Shown here piece by piece: positions 14,046 to 25,849 of a stretch of 64,000 nt of DNA. The notes under the pieces were generated by a model that was not told the DNA's origin, made no database searches, and saw only the letters and a list, made by a program, of their open reading frames with translations. This DNA is from Puccinia triticina. Lineage: Eukaryota. How positions within the stretch are numbered: position 1 is the stretch's first letter; each line of letters begins with the position of its first letter. Both the position numbers and the translations under genes were made by a program. The DNA lies in NCBI GenBank assembly GCA_026914245.1, contig CP110439.1:744001-808000 (forward strand), in the 5' to 3' direction.

Positions 14046-17000
14046 ATGTCAGACGGCAGCAGTGTTCACAATGATTTATCCGAGCCCCTAGACCCCGACA
14101 ACGAGCCAATAAACGGAAGGAAAATCTTTTTTGCCCCTTCCGGACTCGAAGAGACATTTATTGATCATGACTGCAGGTTCGATGACAAAGGATATCCACT
14201 GTATCCTAACAGGAAGACAATCTTTGTGAAAACTCCGGAGATGACTGTCCACAACTTTGGATTCGTTGGATTCCCCAGGACAACCAGTGTTGATTGGCGA
14301 GCCAATAGATCCTGGAAAGGTGTGCGGATGTATTGTCTTGGCGCCTTGATCTGCAATCAGCCCGGTTGCCAGTGGGTCGGATCTCCGCCAACCGGCAAGG
14401 GTGCAATTGAGGATTACTTGGCAGTGTCAGTCTTTTTTCATCTTTTCTCAGCAGCACACTTCTTTTTGGCGCTGAAATAGTGATTAATAGTGATCCAAAA
14501 TGCCCTGGCTCTGCCGGAAAGTGTCCTGGGCAAGTTGGACATCAATCCTGCAAGAACACACTGATCCGATTCGATGAAAACATGCTAACTGGATGGGCCA
14601 TTCTCCGTCACCATGGCACCCACAACCACCCATGGCCATCTCCGAAGAAGCCGGACCCCCTTTCAAAGCTAAAGTTGAAAAACGAAGTGAAGAAGAACCC
14701 CAGCGCAGGTGCTTTCAAGCTCAAAGTGAGTTGTTTGATTCATTCTAACCCTGCTGTTGCCAAAGCTTCGAAGAACATAACCTGATGGATAGTTTCCTTG
14801 TATTGTTTAGCTAGGGAAGCCCACTGCACCTCTCAACCCATTCGAAAGTGTCACCAAAATCCATGAAGCTTTTGTGAACAGTGATAGACTGCGATACCAC
14901 CGGCGGCTCATCCTCATTGAGCTTGGAATCAACCCGGACAAGGGTGGCGCTGGGCTAGGTGATAAGTTCTTACATGATATGTTCCAATGGAACTAGTAAG
15001 TCTATGTAGCCCGAGTCCATTTTCTAGATTGCTCACAGCTGATGCTTGGATTCTAGTGTTGGTCTTATGATCAGTTCTGTATCTTTCAAGCCAGGGATCA
15101 AACACTTTACGTTTCAGACCAAGTGGATGGAGGAACGATTAGTCTCCCGCGATCACAACAACGAGGTATACAGCGGGGGCCTCTTGTCTGATGTTACTTA
15201 CCGGCTTTTTGAGACGGGTTACTTGCTGTCTACCTCAATGTTCTGCGAGGAGACTGCGCGTTGGATCCCTGTCCAACTCTCCTGGATTCGAGGTCTTAGT
15301 GCCGAATATTACCAGGCGCATTTTACGACGCTCTTTGAGCAGTTTGTTCGGCCCTCTTTTACGGTTTCCGATCAAGAGACCCTTGTCCGCCAAGTGGTCG
15401 ATTTCTCTCTGGCTCAGAGGGAGGGATTCGTATCGGCTTACATGAAAGTTTTTGGTGTTACCGACCGTCAACAGGCCCTTGCAAAGTTGAAGGGATGCCA
15501 CGAGCATTTTCGAGCTCAAGTCACACGTGTGAAACGGAATCGGGCCGTTGTCCCACCCGAACAAGAGGTAATTTTTGAGTGTCTTTTTCAATCTGCACAG
15601 TGTTGAGCAACTGTCCTGACGACTTGTTCTTACTTTTCAGGCTCAATTTCAAAAACTCTGCCTAGATCTCTTGGTGTTACCTGAGGAAGGTAAGCCAACT
15701 CACGAGCAGAAGATCGATGAGCTCCGGCGGCTTTTCCCAAAGACAAAGCGATGGTTAGATTGGTGGACGATGGTTGATGTTGAAGCTATGCTCTTCCCAT
15801 CCAAACGGGCCATGATCACGAGCTCCGCAAACGGCAAAGACAATCTCCCTGACACCACAAATGCGCAGGAGAGTATGCATAGACTCTACTACATGATCAG
15901 GTTTGTTTCATCCTCTCTTTGTTCAATTTTTACCGGCTACTGACCATCGCTGGTTTCTTTGAGTTGACAGCGAAGGGAAGAAGTGTTTGATTGTTGGCAT
16001 GGCAGAGCTTTATGCTTTTGTCAAGGCCCTCGAAGACGACTGGCATGCCGTAATGAGAGGCGTTGCGATCGAATACGGTGCAAAGAACAAAACTCAACAA
16101 GACCTAGCGATCTCGATTGGCTGGCAGAAACCACCGAAGCGCAATCCTGCCAACCGCAAGAAAGCTGAGCTCAACGATGGTCGAGCTCCCGACACCACCG
16201 CCGCCTTGCTCCCTAAGAATTCTGGAGGCCGGCCACCAGGATCACGGAATTTGATCAAGGACTCGATGACGACCTATATCTCTTACTCAGCATCCGATGC
16301 TCCAGCGAGGAAGTTTCGCTGCTGGTTGGCTGCCGGACTCGAGAGCCTATGTGCGCTGTTCAACCCTCTCTGGCTTCGTGGGACAAATGGCCTCAAGAAC
16401 GACATTTTCACCACGCTCGTCAAGCATTTCAATGCACGGAGCACCTGGGAATTAACTTTAACCGGTCAAATCCGGTCCATGCTGACAAACGGTCAAAATT
16501 CGCTCCATTCAACTGCCAACAAGTTGTCACCTGGTAGTTTCAATGCCGGTGTCTATTGCTCGACAGATCTATTCATCGACTTGCTCCTCGATCCGTTTAT
16601 CCGGAAAAAAACTAATGTTGATTATCCTCCCCGAGAGCTCTTCACGGTAACCAAAGTCCGCACAGCGACATGTGAAGCTCAGCCGGACGTTGAACAGCCC
16701 CATCCTCGTGGAATTCGAGATATAACAGTCCTGCGGATTCAGAGGGAAACTTTTCAAGCGGCCAATATGGAGCCTTGTCTGGTCCAACATTTAATTACAA
16801 CTTGGGCCACGGAAGGAATCGCCTCCGTTTCTGGACTTTGCTGCAAGTCGTGCGCTTCGACAAAGGAGCCAGAAGAACCTCACCACATCTTTGAAAAGTC
16901 GGTATTGAGTGTCGAGAATGGGGGGGCACCGCAACACTTGTACTTGTTTGTTCAGGTTTCAACAATCTTCGACGAAGACGAGCAGAAAAGGTCAGAGGAG

Positions 17001-18029
17001 CAGCAATCTTTCATGTCGGGATTAGATTTTCCCCTCTACTTGGATTTCCATGGGGTCAAATACACCCTCTTCTCTCGTGGCTTCTGGAACGGCTCGCATT
17101 ACTGGTGCAAGATGCTCAAGAATGTCGGCGGCATCTCAGGTGTATGGATGCACGACGATCGCGCGAATGGTGGTATTGGAAGGCTGATCAGTCCAGATAA
17201 TAGCGCAATTGCTGGACGCGCACCCAGCACGAGCTGGGTGTTCTACTCACGACCGTGGAACTCAAGCGAGGAGGAGTTTGTCTCCGATAGCATTGCAAAG
17301 ATCGCTCGTGACAACAAAGAGGCGCCTGGATCGATGCCATTTGCCCATCTGGGCATGCTCCTCAACACTTCACCGAACTCACTGATCCCAACCATTGAAG
17401 ATGATGCGGAAAATGATGATCAGCAAAAGATGGTGGCCGCGGACATGCCAGTACCCAAGGTAACGACTTCGAATGTCACGGAGGTTGCCCCTGCTCCAAC
17501 ACAGAAGCGGCGAACTAAAAAGCGCAAGCCATGTGAAGCAACTGCAATCCCTCCATCTGGAGCGACTCATGCGACCATTGGTGCTCCGTCGGGAGCAGCC
17601 AAATCGACTGTTGGCGCTCCCTCTGGAGCCAAAAAGCCGCTACCCACGTTAACGATTTCAAATGCCACGGAGGTCGCCCCTGCTCCAACAAAAAAGTGGC
17701 GACCTACAAAGCTCAAGCCATCTCAAGCAACTGCAATCCCTCCATCTGGAGCGGCTCAAGCAACCATTTGTGCTCCATCTGCAGCGGCCAAAGCGACTTT
17801 TGGCGCTCCCTCTGGAGCGGAAAAGCCGGTTGAGCTCAAACGAAAAGCGTCGGGCGAGTTTAAGATACGATTGAAACTCGGGAAGACCAGCAATCAGCAA
17901 CAGACGATTGAAGAGTCGAAGATCAAAGAAACTGAACTTCCCAGCAAAGTGGAGAAGAAGACGAAGAAGACCCTCGAGCCCAAACGCTCGGCCACTCGAT
18001 CGAGCACCCGCAAAGCTACCAAATGTTGA
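14046..18029 (+). CDS. MULE transposase, ~1209 aa: GCM-like Zn domain, DDE core, USP-like C-terminal domain, Lys-rich tail
   Basis: Six phase-compatible GT-AG exons (14046-14425, 14491-14725, 14811-14995, 15057-15567, 15641-15900, 15971-18029; 3630 nt) with no internal stop. Motifs YCLGALICNQPGC...HHGTHNHPWP (GCM/WRKY-like), LLSDVTY, VVDFSLAQ, GCHEHF (CxxH) and TTNAQESMH (catalytic E). Confidence 0.85.
17461..17830 (+). repeat. In-frame 189-bp (63-aa) tandem duplication in the transposase tail
   Basis: SNVTEVAPAPTQKRR...ATAIPPSGA...GAPSGAKKP recurs as SNATEVAPAPTKKWR...ATAIPPSGA...GAPSGAEKP; DNA units start at 17461 and 17650. Confidence 0.9.
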
Positions 18030-18542
18030 GGAGGTATGGTAAGGCTTGACTTTAGATTAATTTGGCTGTCTCAATGTTTGAACAGTCGATTTTTTCTTCC
18101 TGTTTTCTGGTTGGCAATTATGCATTGTAAATAGTGATATGGCTTGTGAAATTCACATCTTGCTCCCTCTGATGGGATTTCCACAACCCTTGTGAATGCC
18201 GCAAAGATCACATGTAAGGAAAGGCTTGTAAATTTTGATTTATTACGCCTCACATGCATTTTTGCACATGATTTTTTTTGCAAGGGAAAGCCTTGTGAGG
18301 AAATCCCTTGTAAAATTATATTTCAGTGCGCCAGCCGGAAAATGAACAAGGCATGTTTTACAATCGTGGTTTTACAATGAAGTCAAAAATGACGGGACAC
18401 TTGTAAAATTACAAATCCCTCACGGTTTGTGATAATTTTACAAAGCATCTGATTTACGAGGCATATGCCTTGTAAAAAAAGGGTCGCAAAATTCAACCCC
18501 CCCTTTAGATACAGCAACTGTCGAGCTGTACGAACCATCGCC

Positions 18543-19606
18543 ATGCCGCTCAACGCTGTCTCCGGTTCATCCTGTACCATCCATCTCCTCCAACCACCAA
18601 CAGTGCCGGCATCAGGCGCCGGATCGACCACGCAACCTTGTGCCGAATACAAGCACGAGACAACCGTCGATCCGACGACTGGGGCGGTCCAAGAAACCGT
18701 GACGATCGAATCCCAGCAATGTCCGTTCGAAATCGCCCTGGACGTCAAGCCCACAGCGTACTCGCGCATTCGATCGGCAACGCATTCTCAACCGCCGATA
18801 GCCAGCGACTGTGTTTGCGAGATCTACCTCGACGGGATCTATATCGTCTCCCACGTACAGCCCAAAACCATCGGGGCGACGCAGCTTCCGGTCCACATCG
18901 CGACCATTGTTTCGCCCGATTATTCGGTCATTCGATCGCTCCAATTCGCCACAGTCAATCTAGTCGACCCGGATCAACTTCCGCCGGCGGAGAGGATCTG
19001 CGAGGATCAAAACGTGATCAAGTCTCTCGGAACGATTCGAGTTGACGTCTTCAAATGTAACTCGGCTTACCTGCAAAGAATGAACTGGAACGGGGTTCCT
19101 GCTGTCTCTACTTCGAATCAAATGAAGTTCTCCGAAAAATCTAAAAAAGCTTGTCTTGCTACGACCGCCGGCTTATCTGCACAATCAGTCTCCGGCCTGT
19201 CACCTCCTAGTATGCAATGGTATCCCCAAGCGGCAGAAGCCACTCCATTCCTTCAAGTCAGTCTATCCCTCGAACCCCGCTTGTTCTATCCTTAGCTGAC
19301 TTTCTCTCGTTTGTTCTTATGTAGTTCATTTTTGACTACAAACCACGAGTGATCCTGGAAGCCGAAGGGACTATTCCTCAAGCAGCAGCGCCTAAAGTCA
19401 TAGTGGATTCGGCGAAAAATGAGAACAATCCCAAGGCACAGAGCAAGAACAATAAGCGCCTCAAGACTGAGGACGGTGATGACAAGATGCGCGGCAAGAC
19501 TGAGGGCGGCGATGACAATAAGCGCGTCAAAACTGAGGATGACGATGAAACAGTTCCCCAGAAAACTTCCAAGATTATCGACTTGACTGGTTCTGACGAT
19601 ATGTAG
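18543..19606 (+). CDS. DUF7918-like family protein, copy 1 (2 exons)
   Basis: ATG 18543 (MPLNAVSGSSCTI), intron 19257-19324. Shared blocks EYKHET..DP.TGA.QETVTIES, IYLDG, LVDPD, ICED..VIKSLGTI, NQMKFSE.SKKA.L.TTAGL and PFLQF.F.YKPR.ILE.EG.I; tail ends KIIDLTGSDDM. Confidence 0.85.
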
Positions 19607-19614
19607 TGATTACT

Positions 19615-19940
19615 ATATTGTATCTACCGTGGCGCTATCTACTTAGTCTGTCTTTTAGGTTTGGGCCTTCTCTTTTTTATCTTTTTTCCCAGAAACATTA
19701 TCACCCATGAAGCCCTTGTAGCGATTAAAATATTGTATCCACCACTAGTCTGTATTTTAGTTTTGTGGCTTCTCTTTTTACCCTTTTTCCCAGAAAAATT
19801 ATCACCCATGAAGCCCTTGTAGTGATTAAAATATTGTATCTACCCTGGCTCTATTCCCTCTTTAGTCTGTATTTTAGTTTTGGGCCTTCTCTTTTTATCG
19901 TTTTCCCCAGAAAATGTATCCCCCATGAAGCCCTTCTGAT
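19615..19940. repeat. Tandem repeat, ~100-120 bp unit x3, just downstream of copy 1
   Basis: TAGTCTGT.TTTTAG.TTTG.G.CTTCTCTTTTTA...CCCAGAAA..TTATCACCCATGAAGCCCTT occurs three times. Confidence 0.85.
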
Positions 19941-20398
19941 CCACGCAGCATATTTATCAACTTTTCTCATTTGGTCAGATCGAATATCTGTGTAAAAACA
20001 AACACAAATCTGCTTTTCTACGTGTTTATTCATTGTGACCTGTGGCCCCATGACTTTTCTCCAAAAAAGTGTTCTCTATGGACAACGCTGTGGTGATAGC
20101 CACAGGCTTTTGGAGCCTCAGGAAGACATGGAAGGGGAAACCCGAATGAGCTCACGCATGCCCCAACCTACCAGAGCAGGCTCGGTCACTGTCAGACAGT
20201 GCAACGGCTAACATAGAAAAAGCTATCTCATCTTTTAATGTTTATCTATCTATTCAGATAAGGGGCCACAATCAGGAAGATATGATAGAGCCATGTCAAG
20301 AAAACCGCAACTTTGACTATTTTTCTTAAAGAAGTTCAAGGGGGTGCATTCTGTTCTGGTTTATGCATCGGCTGCGGGCTGCCGACCCAATCGGTTTC

Positions 20399-21073
20399 CT
20401 ATTGACTCGACGACACCAAAGCCAAGAGGTCGGACACCATGGCTTCGTCGTCAAAAAGGAGATCGAGTGTCATCGCACGACCGGGATCATTAGGGGCTAG
20501 GATAGTTCCGAAGGAGGGCACGGTGGGGATGCCCAAGGTACGGTCAATGAGGTCGTCGATCTGTTGCTGTTGGAGGAGCATCGATAGCAGCAAAAGATCC
20601 CGACGGGTCTGTTCCTTTTTGCTGTACTTGGGCATCGGATGAGTCGTTGAGGGGTTGGCCAGACAGAGGACGCGGGTTCAAGCGGCCAATGAGATGGGTT
20701 CTGGATGTGGTCCGCTGGATGGGATGATGACGGGTTAGCTGGCTTAGAGCGGAACACACATGGGACGTGGGGGTATGGGTACTTACTCGATGGGCCGGAC
20801 GAGAGTCGTGGAGGTGAGCGGGCGATGGCGTCGGTTCGGTCCAGAGCGTTTCCGTGCTGGTCAGTGGTGGGTCACTTCTAATTTGAATTCTGGCGGCTTC
20901 AAATTATTGAAAGTAGGAGGACTTCCCATCAGGCTGGAAAGTCAGATCTGAGCCGACAGATTTCAGATTTCGCAGGGAGATCTAGGTCCCCGAAGATCCC
21001 CGAGGTGGTCCAGAATTCAGATTTCCCTGCGAAATCTGAAATTCCAGATTGATTACAAAATCTTTTTCACCCT
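20399..21073 (-). mobile_element. Truncated 5' end of a DNA transposon, probably PIF/Harbinger-like
   Basis: ORF 20635-20399 (MPKYSKKEQTRRDLLLL...LDLLFDD...VSSSQ) resembles N-termini I recall from rust Harbinger-type transposases and stops abruptly. A 24-bp subterminal inverted repeat lies at 20960-20983 / 21019-21042. No second end or TSD found. Confidence 0.45.
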
Positions 21074-21176
21074 TTGTGAGTTCTCATGAGTTCAAAGGCC
21101 CCGCCAGCTCCAGCCACTTCCACCTTCCATCCTCTCACCAAAGTTTCTTCGCCGATAAACTGACCAAGAGCCCAAC

Positions 21177-22216
21177 ATGCCAGTCAACTCAGCTTCAGGA
21201 GCATCGTGCACTATCAATCTCCTCCGACCATCACCGCCATCATCAGTCCAGCCACCCACTCAAGTTCCTTGCCACGAATACAAGCATGAAACAAGCATTG
21301 ACCCGACTACTGGGGCTGTCCGAGAAACCGTGACAATCGAATCACAACAGGCTTGTCCATTCGAAATCGTGCTGGACATCAAACCGACCGCCTACGCGTC
21401 AATTTGTCCAACTTCTAATCAGACTGACTCGACCGCAGCCAACGATTCTCAATTACCGATACCAAGCGACTATATCGTCAATACAACACTGGACGGTATT
21501 CCTGTCTCAGCTTATCTACAGTCGAAATCGGCGCGGAACTTTCCAGTGAACCTACACTCGGTCCTTTCACATGATCGTAAAACTTTCAAATCCTACCAAT
21601 TTGCCAAAATCAATCTCGTAGATCCGGATGACTATCAAGATGTCAAAAACCCGGCGGATAAGATCTGCGAAGAAGAAAAGGTTATCAAGTCACTTGGAAC
21701 GATCCAACTTGACGTTTTTAAATGCACCCTGGGCGAACGACCCATCGGATCTGCAGGCGGCTTGCACACTTCAACTACAAATCAAATGAAATTCTCTGAG
21801 CGATCTAAGAAGGCCCGTCTTTCCACAACTGCTGGTTTGTCTGAACAAACAGCCTCCAGACTGCCACCTCCTCTAACCGTGCCCTACGTGATAACACAAG
21901 ACCCCCATCCATTCCTTCAAGTCAGTCCAGCATTTGTCTAGCCTCCGTCCCACCTTTTTTCTTCTCCTTACTTCGCTGACTCTGATCCTGTCTGTTCGCA
22001 CAGTTCTTCTTTAAATATAAACCGCGAGTAATTTTGGAAGCTGAAGGAACTATCACACGTCCAGTCGTTGAAGTCGAAGTCGATTCAGAAAGCGAAAACA
22101 AATGCAAGGCGAAGAACCAGAACAATAAGCGCGTCAAAACTGAAGCTGAGGATCAGAAAGCTCCCAAGAAAAAATCCAAGATTATCGATTTGACCGGCTC
22201 TGACGAGAGTGATTGA
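21177..22216 (+). CDS. DUF7918-like family protein, copy 2 (2 exons)
   Basis: ATG 21177, intron 21921-22003 at the same position as in copy 1, same conserved blocks; tail KRVKTE...KKKSKIIDLTGSDESD. Confidence 0.87.
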
Positions 22217-23064
22217 AAGATGGTCTTACATCATGGCTATTTCCCTTGGCCTACTGTGTCTGTGCCTGTGTCTTCTTTTTTGATCATTTTCTTCCGGTCA
22301 CCTTAACTTGCAAGCTGGTTCAATCTAGCCCATTGATCAGCTTTTCTCTTTTTGTGAGCTCTTAAGCTGAGTAGAAATATGGACACATTGTTGCTCTACG
22401 TCGTTGTTTCTTCAGCTCCACCGGCTTAAACCCTGTTGTAAGGATGCATGATCTTGGGTGTGATGGCTTCATCCATAGACAAGCTGCACAGTGGGCGTGT
22501 GACGTACATGGGCCCAGAAAAACATGGAGAGTGGGAACTCGAATGGAGTCATTGGTGGCAGAACAGACCAGGCCTCACATCAAACTCGGTTACCGTCTCA
22601 TGATCAGGTAATCAGAGAGGAAAAGGTATTTATGTCTTTCGCTTTGCTCTGAGTTGAATTTTCTCCCCAAATGATCATTCACAGCACAGCTACAAGGGGA
22701 TTTAATTCCGAGGCCCTGCAAAATCACATCATCACCAGAGCATCACCCAATCATGCATGCTGCTTCCCGAAGGCTCTTCGAGAATTAGGGAGTCTTCAAT
22801 TCACACATGTTCGGTGGGTGGGTGGCGCGGTGCTCTTCTCTCTTCTGGATCGCGTTAATGGAAGTGTATTGACCAGAAAAGCAGTTATTCACGCTGTCAA
22901 CTAGAGAGAATGGATCCAAAAAACATTACACACGTCTCATTTCTTCTGACCCGATCGACAAGCTCACTATTATGTATGTGGCGGACTGGATAATTTACTT
23001 AGAAGGAATTGAAGGAAGCAGACAGAAGAGGCCAACAAATAAGAATGCAGAGAAGATGTTATGA

Positions 23065-24131
23065 TTAACTACTTTCGTCGCCAGAACTGGTTAAATCGAT
23101 GATCTTTGGCTTTTTCTTGGGAGCTTTCTCATTACCCCCCTCAGTTTTAACTCTTTTGTTGTTCTCGTTCTTGACTTTAGGCCTGACTTCTTTTGCTGGA
23201 TCTGCATCGACTTCGACTGCTGGTCGGGTGATTGTTCCTTCGGTTTCGAGAATCACCCGCGGTTTGTACTGGAAGAGAAACTAGGTGAATAGCACGCATC
23301 AAGTTTCAGGGAAGAAAAGAGAAGAAATTTATTCAAGTAAGCAAAAGAAAACAGAAAGGCGAAGGATGTGTACATAGTGAAAGCAAGCCTTACTCGAAGG
23401 AATGGAGCAGGATCCAGTGCTTTGGCATACAACTCGCCTGCAGGAGTTGGAAGGCCGGAGCTGGAGCTTTCGGTCAAACCGGCCGTCGTAGAGAGACGAG
23501 CCTTCTTGGATCGTTCAGAGAATTTCATCTGATTGGTACTTGAGGGTAGGACTCCGTTATTGGTTGGGGGTATTGGTCGGTAGTCAAAGACACATCTGGT
23601 AATGTCGAGTTGAATCGTTCCAAGCGACTTGATCACTCGTTCATCTTCGCAGATCCTATCCGCAGGGTTGGTGCTATCCCGATAGTCGTCCGGATCTACG
23701 AGATTGATATTGGCAAATTGGTAGGATTGGACGGTCGAGCAGTCGCGCGAGAAGAGCTTGTCTAGGTATACTGGAAGGTTCCAGGCGTATTTCGTCTGCT
23801 TATAAACCCCAACGTGGATACCGTCTAATATTAAATTGACGATGTAGTCGAATGGTAACTGTAGTTGAGACTCGTTGGTTGTCGTCAGGTCAGGTTGATT
23901 AGGGGGTCCACGAATTGACGAGTAGGTTGTTGGTTTGAGGTCCAGCACGATTTCGAATCGACTAGCTTGTTCGGATTCGATCGTCACGGTTTCTTGGATA
24001 GCCCCATTTGTCGGGTCGATGCTGGTTTCGTGTTTATATTCGTGGCAAGGAACTTTGGTGGGTGGCCCAAGTGGGGATGGCTGGAGGAGATTGATAGTGC
24101 AAGATGAACCAGAGGCGGCGTTAGCGGGCAT
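23065..24131 (-). CDS. DUF7918-like family protein, copy 3 (2 exons)
   Basis: ATG 24131 (MPANAASGSSCTI), intron 23393-23281, same blocks; tail KVKNE..KRVKTE...KKKPKIIDLTSSGDESS. Confidence 0.87.
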
Positions 24132-24574
24132 GGTGAAAGTCGTCCTGGTCAGGTTTTTGGCAAGCAAATTTCAAAAAGATGCATAGGAAAGGAGCAAGGC
24201 TGGAGGCCGAGGCTCTCGGCGATTCCGACTATCGGGTAAATAATTTGTGAATATTCAGAAATGAAAACCTGATGAGATCAAGATCAGGAGCTTGCAAGAA
24301 GTGGGGCACGACGTCAGTCCGACCGCCTGTCGCAGCAAAACAAGGTTTGCTCCGTGGGCTGCGCACCTTGTATTCTCAAACACTTCTGCTGTCCATCCCA
24401 GCAAGACCGATTCTCTTGGTGAGCAGAGTATTCTTCTTCCCCCCCCCTCTTGAAATATCGTGATTGATCAATTAAAATCTGTTTGACCGTTGTGCTATCC
24501 GTCCCGTGACGTTTTCCGTACAGCTTCTGATCTCCGTCAATCGAGCTACATGTGGCGATATCTTGATTCACATC

Positions 24575-25622
24575 ATGCCGGTCAACGCTGCCACCGGTTC
24601 ATGGTGCACTATAAATCTTCTCACACCATGTTCACCATCGTCAGTTGAGCCACCCACACCCGTACCTTGTCAATAATACAGGCATGAAACGACCATCGAC
24701 CCAAAAACTAGGGCTATCCAAGAAACTGTGACCATCGAATCGCAACAAGCATAACCGTTCGAAATCGTACTCTACGTCAACCCAACAGCCTACTCATCAA
24801 TCCGTCGACCTCCCAACATGCCTGATTCGGACTCTCAATCACTGAAACTAGACGACTACGTTTGTAACATCTACTTGGACGGGATTCTCATCGCCATTCA
24901 CAAACGACCACTATCGATATCTGATCATCCCCGCCGGATCGAAAAGGTCTACTCAAATGATCGCAAAACTTACAGATCTCTCCAATTTGCGAATGTCAAC
25001 CTCGTTGATCCGGATGACTATGCTTCGAAAGTAGGAGACCCGACAGATAAGATCTGCGAAGATGAAAAGGTGATCAAATCACTGGGAACGATCAGAGTGG
25101 GTATCGCTAGATCACCTCTAGCCCCAAAAAGGGGGCTCTACACCTCACCCAATGATCATAAACCTACCAATCAAATGAAATTCTCGGAACGCTCCAAAAA
25201 AGCTTCTTTATCTACCACCGCTGGCTTATCGCAACAATCAGTCGTTCACCGTCAACCTTCTCCGACGATCTGGGATGTAAAGGCGCTTGATCCCAATCCA
25301 TTCCTTCAAGTCAGTCTCATCAATGTTGCATTTCCTTCCTCTGGTCTCGATCAAAGCTCATCTTCTTTTTTTTAAAAAAAATAACTGTATCTAATTTATC
25401 TTCAAATCCAAACCACGATTGATCTTGGAAATTACTGAGGGAACGATTGAAAGTCCGGCAGTTGAAGCAGTCGAGGTCGACACAAAACCTAAACCGGAAC
25501 CCAAGGAAGATATCCAAAAGAATAAGAAACGTGTTAAAGATGAGGATGATGACGAAGTCATAGTTATCTACAAGAAGTCAAATATCATCGATATAACCAG
25601 ATCTAGTGGCGATGAGCTTTAA
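24575..25622 (+). pseudogene. DUF7918-like family copy 4, disabled
   Basis: ATG 24575 (MPVNAATGSWCTI); in-frame TAA at 24752-24754 (SQQA*PFE vs SQQACPFE in copy 2); the acceptor position reads AA (25393-25394) where the paralogues have AG. Confidence 0.85.
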
Positions 25623-25849
25623 TCTCCCCGCGCCGTGATGTATTCTGTATTCCCCCTTTGAGCTGCTTAATTACATGCTTACCCTCCATGGTTTCCCCCT
25701 CCTGGGATGCTCGATTCAGTTTATGTATGTATGCCAATACTTGTACACGGCGGACGCAAAACTCCAAAGTATCTCCGAAAGTGTTTCGGAGAGCCTCCAA
25801 AGTACCCGCCAGCAGCAGCGGACGGTCGGCACTTGGTCAAAATATCTGA

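Larger units (their letters stand above)
13530..18503 (+). mobile_element. Autonomous-looking Mutator-like element (MULE), 4974 bp
   Basis: Perfect 9-bp direct repeat TTTAGATAC at 13521-13529 and 18504-18512. Degenerate terminal inverted repeats match at about 28 of the first 40 nt without gaps (CGGGTGCGAGAATTTTACAATTC... vs GGGGGGGTTGAATTTTGCGACCC...). Encloses a MULE-type transposase gene. Confidence 0.9.
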
